From Betaproteobacteria bacterium (GTDB taxonomy: Bacteria > Pseudomonadota > Gammaproteobacteria > Burkholderiales > Burkholderiaceae_C), in contig JANPHI010000342.1 in assembly GCA_031424355.1 (NCBI GenBank), positions 6,394 through 70,393 on the forward strand: DNA of 64,000 nucleotides, given 5' to 3'. Of the stretch, positions 10,007-18,479 are shown piece by piece; positions within the stretch are counted from its first letter, which is position 1; every line of letters begins with the position of its first letter. The notes under the pieces are model-generated. The model was given only the letters and a program-made list of their open reading frames with translations, made no database searches and was not told the DNA's origin. The position numbers were made by a program, and so were the translations under genes.

Positions 10007-10819
10007 ATGAACGTCAAGCGCATCACCGAAGAAGCCGTCGCACCTCAGGTCAAGGAAGTGCGCGGCTTGACGCGCGGACTGATGCTGCTGACGGCCCTGA
10101 ACCAGTTGCCTGGCGGGCTGGGTTCGACCAGCGAGTTGGCCCGGGCCTGCGGCATTCATCGCGTCACGGCTCGGCGCCTGCTCGAGACCCTGCGGGCGCA
10201 AGGTGTCGTCGAGTCGACCGAGCGTGATGGTCAATACAAGGTCAGCCGCGCCGCCAGGCGCCTGAGCGATGGTTTCGCCGAAGCGGACTGGGTGTCTCGT
10301 GTCGGTGGCCCGGCGATGGAGGATGTGGCGGCCAAGCTGGTCTGGCCAGTGAACCTCGCTGCGGCCGAGGGCGGGTTCATGGTGATTCTGCAATCGACTC
10401 GGCGCCGCAGTCCGCTGTCGCACCACCACGCCGTTCTGGGCGAGAAGCTGCCGATGCTGCCGACCGCGCTCGGTCGCGCCTACTTGGCGGCATGCAACGA
10501 CGAACTGCTGGACGCCATCCTGTCAGACCTCGCGCGGCGCGCCATGTCACTGCGCATACCCGACGAGGATCTGTCGGGCGTGCATGAGGCTATCGCCCAG
10601 ACACGGGCACGCGGCTATGCCGTGACGGGCGACGTCGCAGCTTCGAGGTTCGATGCGATCGCCGTGCCGCTCATCGCCGGAACGACCTTGCTCGGCGCCA
10701 TGAACATGGTGTTCACCAAAGACTCACAAAGCCAGGCCCTGATAGAGCAGAAGCACCTGCTCCGCCTCGACGAACTGGCCAAACGCATCGGCTCGGCCTG
10801 CAGATCGTGGATCGAGTGA
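10007..10819 (+). CDS. IclR-family transcriptional regulator (MhpR-like)
   Basis: VRGLTRGLMLL...ELARACGIHRVTARRLLETL HTH; PTALGRAYLA; RARGYA. Confidence 0.9.
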   Translation: MNVKRITEEAVAPQVKEVRGLTRGLMLLTALNQLPGGLGSTSELARACGIHRVTARRLLETLRAQGVVESTERDGQYKVSRAARRLSDGFAEADWVSRVGGPAMEDVAAKLVWPVNLAAAEGGFMVILQSTRRRSPLSHHHAVLGEKLPMLPTALGRAYLAACNDELLDAILSDLARRAMSLRIPDEDLSGVHEAIAQTRARGYAVTGDVAASRFDAIAVPLIAGTTLLGAMNMVFTKDSQSQALIEQKHLLRLDELAKRIGSACRSWIE

Positions 10820-10886
10820 TCGGCTGAAGTCGTTCAGCTTGGCATCCGGCGGCCACGCCGCGGATGCGGCCTGTCGGCCACGAGCA

Positions 10887-10922
10887 CCGGTCGCTCCGAT
10901 CGCTCCGGTCGTTCCGGTCGCA
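10887..10922. repeat. Four tandem 9-bp imperfect repeats
   Basis: CCGGTCGCT CCGATCGCT CCGGTCGTT CCGGTCGCA, intergenic. Confidence 0.8.
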
Positions 10923-10940
10923 AGGGTTCTCCCTAGACGC

Positions 10941-10960
10941 GTGTTTCACGGCGTGAACAG
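10941..10960. promoter_or_regulatory. Putative IclR/MhpR-type operator for the monooxygenase operon
   Basis: GTGTTTCACGGCGTGAACAG contains the palindrome TTCACG-G-CGTGAA; about 95 nt upstream of ATG 11055. Confidence 0.6.
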
Positions 10961-11054
10961 GCTTCGTTCGGCCGCCGATTTCCAAAAAATGCGTCTCAGC
11001 GGTCACGTCCATAACGAGCCGCAGTCGGTCAGCCATCAATTCCCGGAGCGCACC

Positions 11055-12326
11055 ATGACAACAGCAGCCATCGCACAAAGCAGCGACGCGAATCAGACCG
11101 GGACGCCGCACGCCAGCGCCCTCTGCGCGGACTGGTCCGACTACCGTGAGCGCGCCCTCGCCCGTGGCGACGACTTTCTGGCCGCCATCGATCGCATCCT
11201 GCCCGTCATTGAAGCCACGAGCGACGAGAGTGAACGCCAAGGGCGCGTGCCGCAGAGCACGGTGCAGGCGATGATCGATGCTGGCGCCTACCGCGCCTTC
11301 ACGCCGACCCAGTGGGGTGGGCTCGAGATGCCGCCGGCCGCGTTCTTCGAGGGCATGATGAAAGTCGCCGAGGCCGACTCCGCGGCGGCCTGGATCGGTG
11401 GCCAGCTGAACGTGCACTCGTTCGAGATCGCGTTGATGGACCCGCGCATGCAGGAGGAGTTCTGGGGTGACAGCCCCGACACGCGGGCCTCGAGCTCCTA
11501 CGCGCCGGTCGGCAAGGTCAGGGTCGTCGACGGTGGCTGCGAACTGAATGGCACCTGGACTTTCTCCAGTGGCGTCGATCACGCGCAGTGGGTCATCCTG
11601 GGTGGCGGCGATCGCAACTTCGTCGTTCCGATGAAAGACTACACGGTCAACCACGGAAGTTGGGACGTGTCGGGCTTGAAGGGTACCGGCAGCAAGTCGG
11701 TCACGCTCGAAAATGTCTTCGTGCCGGACTACCGCGTGCATCGGCTGGTCGACACCTACAACGACGCCAATCCGGGTTGGGCCGTCAACGATCGCCCGCT
11801 GTATTGGTTGTCCTTCGTCGGCGTGTTCAATTCGACGCCGGCGAACACGGCGATCGGCACTGCGAAGGGCGGCATCCGCACCTTCATCGAGCAATCGCGG
11901 GTGCGCCTGTCCCGGCAAGGCACCGGTGCCGCCGTGATCAACAACCCGTTCATGCACCTCAAGGTGGCCGATGCCATCTGCAAGGTACGCGGGGTGCGCG
12001 AGCGCCATCTGGCGAACTGGCGCGGCATGTTCGACGAGATCTGTCGCGGCAAGATCGCCTCGCCGTTGGCCCGCATGCGGCTGCGATTCGAAGTCGCCGA
12101 CGCGATCGCTGCCAGCTACGACGCGATCGCCGAACTCTGGCCGATTGCCGGGGCCGCCGCCTCGGCGTCCAGCAACCCCTTGCAGCGCACCTTCCGCGAC
12201 CTGATGGCGGCGCGCAACCATGGCTCTGCCGCGCGCGAGGCGGCCGCGGGCCTGTACATCCGCACGCTGTTCGACATGCCGGCGCCGCCGTTCGCCGACA
12301 TGGGCACCCTGGCCTATTACAAGTGA
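11055..12326 (+). CDS. Flavin-dependent aromatic monooxygenase, oxygenase subunit (HsaA/C2-HPAH-like, acyl-CoA dehydrogenase fold)
   Basis: ADSAAAW, SSSYAP, WTFSSGVDHAQW, WDVSGLKGTGS, NPLQRTFRD; GGAG RBS before ATG 11055. Confidence 0.88.
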   Translation: MTTAAIAQSSDANQTGTPHASALCADWSDYRERALARGDDFLAAIDRILPVIEATSDESERQGRVPQSTVQAMIDAGAYRAFTPTQWGGLEMPPAAFFEGMMKVAEADSAAAWIGGQLNVHSFEIALMDPRMQEEFWGDSPDTRASSSYAPVGKVRVVDGGCELNGTWTFSSGVDHAQWVILGGGDRNFVVPMKDYTVNHGSWDVSGLKGTGSKSVTLENVFVPDYRVHRLVDTYNDANPGWAVNDRPLYWLSFVGVFNSTPANTAIGTAKGGIRTFIEQSRVRLSRQGTGAAVINNPFMHLKVADAICKVRGVRERHLANWRGMFDEICRGKIASPLARMRLRFEVADAIAASYDAIAELWPIAGAAASASSNPLQRTFRDLMAARNHGSAAREAAAGLYIRTLFDMPAPPFADMGTLAYYK

Positions 12327-12337
12327 GCGCGCGGACC

Positions 12338-13327
12338 ATGGAAGCCATTGCCAACAAGCCGGTCGCCGGGCGACTCCTGAGCCCGCCCCCCGAGCCGATC
12401 GACCAGGGAGACCCCGCAAACGACGCACGCGCGTTCCGCCGCTGCCTGGGGCAGTACGCCACCGGCGTCACTGTCATCACGGCCCTGCACGAGGGCCAAT
12501 TGGTCGGCATGGCGGTGAACTCGTTCGCTGCCGTGTCGCTGAGCCCGCCGCTGGTCTTGTGGTCGATACGCCTCGAGTCGTCGAGTGCGGCGGCGTTCCT
12601 CAATGCCAGTCACTTCGCGATCAACATGCTTTCGGCCGAACAGGTCGAAGTGTCACAGCTGTTCGGTGCGGCGCACCCGGATCGTTTCGCCCATGTCAGC
12701 TGGCAACCCGGGCGCGGTGGTGCACCGCTGCTGGACGGCGCCATCGGACACCTCGAATGCCGGCGCGAGATGACTCACGCAGGAGGGGATCACTGGATCA
12801 TCGTCGGCCATGTCGAGCATTACGCGCGCTTTGCTGGCGAGCCCTTGCTTTTCACGCAGGGGCAGTACGCCGTGGCTCGCGACCATCCGCGACTGCCCGT
12901 CACGGCCGCTGCCGCGCCCGCACGCCCCGCCGCCGGTATCGAGGAACTCTCATTCATGCGCCTGCTGACCGCTGCGAGTGCACGCATGTCGAGCCTGTTT
13001 CAGGCACATCGCGAAGACCTGGGCATCACGCCGCCTGGCGCCCGGCTGCTCAGCCGGCTGCTTGCGGGCGCCTGCGAGCGAGAAGAGCTCGAGCGTGTCA
13101 CGTTCCTCGGGCGGCTCGCGATCGATGACGCCTTGGCCGATCTCGAGGGCCGAGGCCTGGTGCGGTGCGGCGACGCCGGACACCCGGAACTGACCTCGCA
13201 GGGTCGCGCCAAGAGCGAGGCATTGGCCCAGCGCGCCGCTGTCTTCACCGCCTCGATGTTGCATGGTCTGGCCGACGCCGACGTCGCAGCGGCGCGCCGG
13301 GTGCTCGCAGAACTGATGGGGCGCTGA
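12338..13327 (+). CDS. Flavin reductase with C-terminal MarR-like domain (C1-HPAH-like reductase component)
   Basis: FRRCLGQYATGVTVIT, NSFAAVSLSPPLVLWS, GGDHWIIVG; C-terminal winged-helix-like segment (LEGRGLV...LTSQGR). Confidence 0.88.
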   Translation: MEAIANKPVAGRLLSPPPEPIDQGDPANDARAFRRCLGQYATGVTVITALHEGQLVGMAVNSFAAVSLSPPLVLWSIRLESSSAAAFLNASHFAINMLSAEQVEVSQLFGAAHPDRFAHVSWQPGRGGAPLLDGAIGHLECRREMTHAGGDHWIIVGHVEHYARFAGEPLLFTQGQYAVARDHPRLPVTAAAAPARPAAGIEELSFMRLLTAASARMSSLFQAHREDLGITPPGARLLSRLLAGACEREELERVTFLGRLAIDDALADLEGRGLVRCGDAGHPELTSQGRAKSEALAQRAAVFTASMLHGLADADVAAARRVLAELMGR

Positions 13328-13328
13328 G

Positions 13329-14729
13329 ATGCAGGCTACCCAGGCGCCATTGCTCATCGACCGCCTCGTCGACCACGTCCTGAGCACCCGCTTCGAGTCT
13401 TTCGATGCGCAGACCGTCGAGGCCGCACGCATGCGCCTGGTGGATGCGCTCGGCTGCACGATCGGAGGTGCCCATGCCTCAGGCAACCAGGCCTTCATCG
13501 AGCTGGCCCGCTCATGCGGCGGCACGCCGCAGGCGACCGTGCTGGCGCACGGCGATCGGCTGCCGCTGCAGCAGGCGGCGATGCTGAACGCGCTGATGTG
13601 CCGTTCGTACGATTTCGAAGTCGCCGGCCCGGAGCCCGAAGGCGCAAACGCCCACAAGATGGTGGGGCATGTGTGCAGCACCACAGAACCGACAGCACTT
13701 TCCACGGCCGAGTTCATGCACAGCTCGGGCAAGGAACTGCTCGCCGCCGTGATCCTGGGCGGCGACATCGGCGCTCGCATGGCGGTTTCCGACGACTTTC
13801 ACTTTGACCATTCGTTCGAGGTCTGCGGGACGGCCAATGCCTTCGGCGCGACGGCAATCGTCGGTCGCCTGATGAAACTGAACCACGAGCAACTCGTCAA
13901 CGCGTTCGGGATTCTTTTGCACCTGATGGCGGGGTCGTTCCAATCGCTCTGGGACGGCGTTCACACCTTCAAGCTGCCGGGCGCAATGGCCGCATCAAAC
14001 GCGGTGCTGGCCGTCGAACTGTCCCGGCGTGGCTTCCGGGGCGTGAACGATGCGCTGACGAGCCCGCAAGGTTATTTCAACTTGTACGCGCACCGGGCCC
14101 AGCCCGCCAACGCGCTGATCGATCTGGGCAGCGTCTTCTACGTCAAGGGAATGCACAAGTTGCATCCCTCGTGCTACGGCAACCACAACCCCATAGAAAG
14201 TGCCTTGGCCATTGTTCGCGAACACGCCTTTGCAGCCGCCGATATCGCATCCGTAACGTTGGAGGTTCCTCCCCAGCGGATCAAGCACTTCCTGAATCAG
14301 CCCGTGGCCGATGGCGATGGCCAGCCACGCCTGCTGTTCTCGATTCCCTACGGCGTGGCCAACGTCCTGACGCACAAGGACGTGCGCCTGGAGCACTACA
14401 CCGAACAGGCATTGCAGGATGCTTCGTTGCTGGAGCTGACCCGCAAGGTGCGGCTGGTGCCAAGTGACGCGCTCGGCAAGACCCATGCGGGGCGACTGAA
14501 CGTGGCGCTGAAGGACGGAAGGGTGTTCTCCGCTTATCGCGAGTCGCCCGTTGGCTGGGCCGATAACCCCGTCACAACGGATCAGGTCCGTGAGAAGTAT
14601 TGGCGCAACATCGAGTTTGGCCAGTCGGTAAGCAAGCTGAATGCCGCAAGAGCACTTCAGGTGCTCGACCACCTCGAGGACGTCCAGGACGTAGTTGAGC
14701 TGGCAGCTTGCCTGTCAGGACAGATGTGA
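13329..14729 (+). CDS. MmgE/PrpD family protein
   Basis: LVDALGCTIGG, AAMLNAL, SGKELLAAVILG, KLHPSC, FSIPYGVA. Confidence 0.85.
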   Translation: MQATQAPLLIDRLVDHVLSTRFESFDAQTVEAARMRLVDALGCTIGGAHASGNQAFIELARSCGGTPQATVLAHGDRLPLQQAAMLNALMCRSYDFEVAGPEPEGANAHKMVGHVCSTTEPTALSTAEFMHSSGKELLAAVILGGDIGARMAVSDDFHFDHSFEVCGTANAFGATAIVGRLMKLNHEQLVNAFGILLHLMAGSFQSLWDGVHTFKLPGAMAASNAVLAVELSRRGFRGVNDALTSPQGYFNLYAHRAQPANALIDLGSVFYVKGMHKLHPSCYGNHNPIESALAIVREHAFAAADIASVTLEVPPQRIKHFLNQPVADGDGQPRLLFSIPYGVANVLTHKDVRLEHYTEQALQDASLLELTRKVRLVPSDALGKTHAGRLNVALKDGRVFSAYRESPVGWADNPVTTDQVREKYWRNIEFGQSVSKLNAARALQVLDHLEDVQDVVELAACLSGQM

Positions 14730-15194
14730 CGTTGGCTTGATTGCTGATGCCGGCTCGCCAGTGTGCCCCCTGGTAGGGACTCTGTGCCGTTCAACCCAAG
14801 GCGATTCGGCTCTCTGGCCAATACCTCGGTGGTTGTCAACGGTCGTACATTTCCGTGCCGGCGAGGCGACCGCTTTACGGAAGCGAAGGGACTCCCAGTG
14901 GGCCTCCTCCATGTGTCGGTCGAACGTTGAACGACCGCTGACTGGCAGCACCACCGAACGTCTCTTGATGGCCGATGCCGGGTGCTCAAGCAGGCAGGTT
15001 CGTCGCCTCTTTGCTGACGTTCAAGACCACGTCCTACCTGGCCGGTTTGCGGTCCGCAGTTCCGAGAGCCGGCCGTCGCAGGTCGGCCATGAGCTGTCGA
15101 CCGCCGCCGGCAGCTTTGTGACCGCCTATTTGACTTGCTGTCGTCTTTAGTAGGGCTCTTGCTGCTTGGGCCTCTGGTGGTTCAAATGCTTGGT

Positions 15195-16415
15195 TCAGGC
15201 AGCGCAAGCCTGTTGACGGCGGCGAGCCATTCCAGCCAAGCCCACCAACCCCGCTGCCAACAGGGCCCACGAAGCAGGTTCTGGCACCGCCGATGGAAAC
15301 GGCACGAAGCCCGTGTCGCCGACCTTGTAGATGGTGCCCAGTGCGTTGCTGCCGCCGTTGAGCGTGGTGCCGTAGAGGTTGCCCAGGGCATCCGCTGTCA
15401 GGCCGGCATACGGTTCCGAGCCGTTCAAACCACTGAAGGTGGCCAGCGTCTTCAGGCTGCCGTTCTTGGGCAGTTCGTAGACCGTGCCGTAGCCGCCGGT
15501 GGCGCTGTTCAAGGTGGTGCCGAACAGGTTGCCGGCTGCGTCCATCAGCAAGGCGCCGGTCGGTGTCTGGCCGATGCCGATGCCGCTGAAGGTGGCCAGC
15601 GTGCTCAGCGTGCCGGTATTCGAAATCTCGAAGATCGTGCCGCCCGAACCCGAGCGTGTGGTGCCGAACAGGTTGCCCGCCCCGTCCAGCAGCAGCTTGC
15701 CGCTGGGATTCGCGCCGTTCAGGCCGGTGAACGACACCAGCGTCGACAACACGCCAGTGTTGGACAGCTTGAACACCGTGCCGTAGCCGTTGTTGAAGGC
15801 GGTGACGCCGAGGCCGCCATTTTCCGTGGTGCCATAGATGTTGCCGGCGGCGTCGACAGTGAGCTGGCCCAGGGGTTGGGCGATGCCGGCCTGCGGCAGG
15901 GTGGCCAGCGTGGTGACCGTGCCCGCTGTCGTCACCTTGAAGATGGACGCCGTTTGCGTGATGCCGACCATGTCGCCGTTCGGTGTGGCTGTCAGGCCGA
16001 CGTTGAGGCCGACGAAGGACGGGAAGCTGGCCAGCAGCGAGATCGCGTTGCCGGGTGTCACCTTGAAAACCGTGCCCTGCAGGCCGCTGCTGCCATAGCC
16101 GCCGCCTGTTCCATAGAGGTTGCCCGCCGCATCGAAGATGACGCCGCCGCTGGAGTTCGAACCGGTGACGGTACGGCTCTGGCTGGCCAGCGTGGTCAGC
16201 ACGCCGGCCGTGGACAGCTTGAAGACGGTGCCGTCACCGGTGGCGCCGCCGCCGCCCGTCGTGCCGTACAGGTAGCCGTCGGCACCCAACGTCAGGGCGT
16301 CATAGCCCGGGTGAGCGCCGTTGACACTGTTGAAGTTGATCAACGTCGTGAAAGTTGCAGCCTCGGCCGCACCGAAGGTCAGGCTCAAAGCCAGGGTCGT
16401 CGCAAGTTTGCGCAA
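15195..16415 (-). CDS. PEP-CTERM protein with about seven tandem GNLYGTT...GTVFK (GloVer-type) repeats
   Basis: Signal peptide; repeated D-x-x-G-N-L-Y/F-G-T-T...G-T-V/I-F/Y-K/E units; VPEPASWALL-TM-RRR tail; TTG start with GGAG RBS. Confidence 0.9.
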   Translation of the reverse strand: MRKLATTLALSLTFGAAEAATFTTLINFNSVNGAHPGYDALTLGADGYLYGTTGGGGATGDGTVFKLSTAGVLTTLASQSRTVTGSNSSGGVIFDAAGNLYGTGGGYGSSGLQGTVFKVTPGNAISLLASFPSFVGLNVGLTATPNGDMVGITQTASIFKVTTAGTVTTLATLPQAGIAQPLGQLTVDAAGNIYGTTENGGLGVTAFNNGYGTVFKLSNTGVLSTLVSFTGLNGANPSGKLLLDGAGNLFGTTRSGSGGTIFEISNTGTLSTLATFSGIGIGQTPTGALLMDAAGNLFGTTLNSATGGYGTVYELPKNGSLKTLATFSGLNGSEPYAGLTADALGNLYGTTLNGGSNALGTIYKVGDTGFVPFPSAVPEPASWALLAAGLVGLAGMARRRQQACAA

Positions 16416-16695
16416 GGGAAACTCCAGTGCAGTTGAAAGGACATCTCAGCGTGACCGGGTCCATCCAGCGACCGCGCTTCTGTACCCGTACGCCGCTGCG
16501 GGCGCCGGCAAGGCTCACGGATTGGGTGCCGCACCCCGCGAATCGGGGGCGGATGAGCGGGTCTCATGTCCGGTCAGGCACTAGCAACCCTCCGTGTTGC
16601 GCCCTCGGAACCATGGAGTCGCCGCACAGGGCTTGACCCCGCGCGGGTTAGCAATCCGCGTTCAGCTCAGAATCGCTGCGAACCGGGAGTTCTGG

Positions 16696-17838
16696 ATGCG
16701 GTTGTTCCACCTTGTTCTGGCCTTGATCGTGACGCATGCGCTGTCGGATTCATCGAATGCGGCGACATGCACGCCACGGCGCGAATCGGTCCAACTGGCG
16801 TTGGCCGACTTCACCAGCCCTGCGGAAATCGTGACGCCGCCAACCGGCGTGCGCACCATCGGGGTGGCGGTCTTGTTCGCCGGATCTGACGTCGCCGACA
16901 TGGACGGCGCTGTTGTGGGTCGCGACGGCAAGATTGTTTCGCGCCCCCTGCGCCAGGTTGCAGATCGGCTTGCCTGCGCGGGCGTGGCGACGCTCCGGTA
17001 CAACAAGCGGCACGTCACGGGGCCGACGACTGTTGATCGCGAGAAGTTTGATCGATTGACCGGCAACGACTTGCTGCAAGACGGCCGAACCGCGCTGGCA
17101 TTCATCCGTGCACGGGAGTCTCTCGCACCGCTCCCGGTGGCGCTGGTCGGTTGGAGCGAAGGCACGACGGTGGCGATGGCCGTGTCCGCGGCCGAACCCG
17201 CTGTTCGCGCCCTCGCGCTGATGGCTCCGGTGGTCGATACACCCGCGGCCGTTGCCCAGCAGCAATACCGGCGTGTCGGCCGCCCCTACCTGATGCGTTT
17301 TTCAAGGGATGGCGCCCTCGATGCCAGCCTGATCGCCAAAGCCGAGTCCGGCCCGGGCGGCGTGCTTCCCCAGATTTTTGTCCGGATGTTCAAGGGGTTT
17401 CGACCCGGTGAGAAAGTCAATCCGCTGCTTGACGCCAATCACGACGGACGGATCAGCTTCACTGAAGCCGATCCCATCATCGCAAGCTGGTACGCGGATA
17501 CGCCGGACAGCGGATTGGGCATGTCAGCCACCGGCCGCGCATTGCCGGGCGTCAAGGCGGGCTGGGGCCTTCAAGCGCCGCCCGTTCTGATGCTGCAGGG
17601 CCTGAACGATTCCATGATCGATCCGGCTGCGGCGCTGGCTTTTTCACGCAGCGAAGGCATCGGCCAACGGGTGATGCTCAAGACGTATCCAGGGCTGGGC
17701 CACTCACTCGGCCCCGCGCGGTCCGCAGCCGAGGATGAATTGCTGCCGGTGGCAGCCCAACCGCTGGACGACATGGCCCGATGGCTCCGTGCACGGCTTG
17801 CTGACGGCCCTGCTGACCGCGCCAGCTTGAAGCGCTGA
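16696..17838 (+). CDS. Secreted alpha/beta hydrolase with EF-hand-like loop
   Basis: Signal peptide; LRYNKR, GWSEG nucleophile, QGLND, YPGLGHS; DANHDGRISFTE loop. Confidence 0.8.
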   Translation: MRLFHLVLALIVTHALSDSSNAATCTPRRESVQLALADFTSPAEIVTPPTGVRTIGVAVLFAGSDVADMDGAVVGRDGKIVSRPLRQVADRLACAGVATLRYNKRHVTGPTTVDREKFDRLTGNDLLQDGRTALAFIRARESLAPLPVALVGWSEGTTVAMAVSAAEPAVRALALMAPVVDTPAAVAQQQYRRVGRPYLMRFSRDGALDASLIAKAESGPGGVLPQIFVRMFKGFRPGEKVNPLLDANHDGRISFTEADPIIASWYADTPDSGLGMSATGRALPGVKAGWGLQAPPVLMLQGLNDSMIDPAAALAFSRSEGIGQRVMLKTYPGLGHSLGPARSAAEDELLPVAAQPLDDMARWLRARLADGPADRASLKR

Positions 17839-17856
17839 ACGCGCCGAAATCAGCAG

Positions 17857-18460
17857 TCAATGCGGATGCTGGGCCAGGCTGCTTCGGTACGACCAGAAGC
17901 GGGGCAATGCGTATCCCGTTGCGATGACGTCAGCCAGGCAAACCAACCCGCCGATCCAGATCGCGGCCGACACGCCCCAGGCGTCGGCCATGAAGCCAGC
18001 CCTGACGATGCCGATGAGGGGATTCGTCAAGTCGGCGCCCGCAACCCCCCAGAGCGCCAGCAGCAGGCCGGCCAACGCGGGCCCGGCAACCATGCCGATG
18101 GTGCCGCGCACCGAAGACAGCGCGGCGACAGCGGCAAACTCTTGAGGCCACGCCAGCTTTTGCGTCAGCGCCTACAGCGCTGGCCGGTGAAAACCGCTGT
18201 CCTCCTGCAGCACCGCCACGCACAGTGCCATCAGCGCTTCCGATCCCATCAGCAACCGCCTGCGGTCCACACGGTCGGCAACCGCGCCGCCCAGCAGCCC
18301 GATCTGGGCATTGGAGCGGGTCAGTTCGTAGACCTGCCAGGGCACGGTAACGTATCTGACCATGATGCCCAGGCCGGAGATGAACTGGCTGGCGAACAGC
18401 CGGCGGAAAGCGGTGTTGTGGCGCAGCGGGCCGATGTCGATGAGCACGCGCTGTCACCAT
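17857..18460 (-). pseudogene. Fragmented MFS transporter (EntS-like)
   Basis: N-terminal piece LIDIGPLRHNTAFRRLF...VPWQVYELT...GGAVADRVDRRR. A separate-frame C-terminal piece reads GPALAGLL...IWIGGLVC...LPRFWSY. Total about 600 nt, with internal deletions and frameshifts. Confidence 0.75.
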
Positions 18461-18479
18461 GCCGCGCGGGCCGTTCCGG

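Noticed and set aside
12338-13327. Flavin reductase-MarR fusion as a novelty
   Set aside because: Known architecture (C1 reductase of Acinetobacter p-hydroxyphenylacetate hydroxylase)
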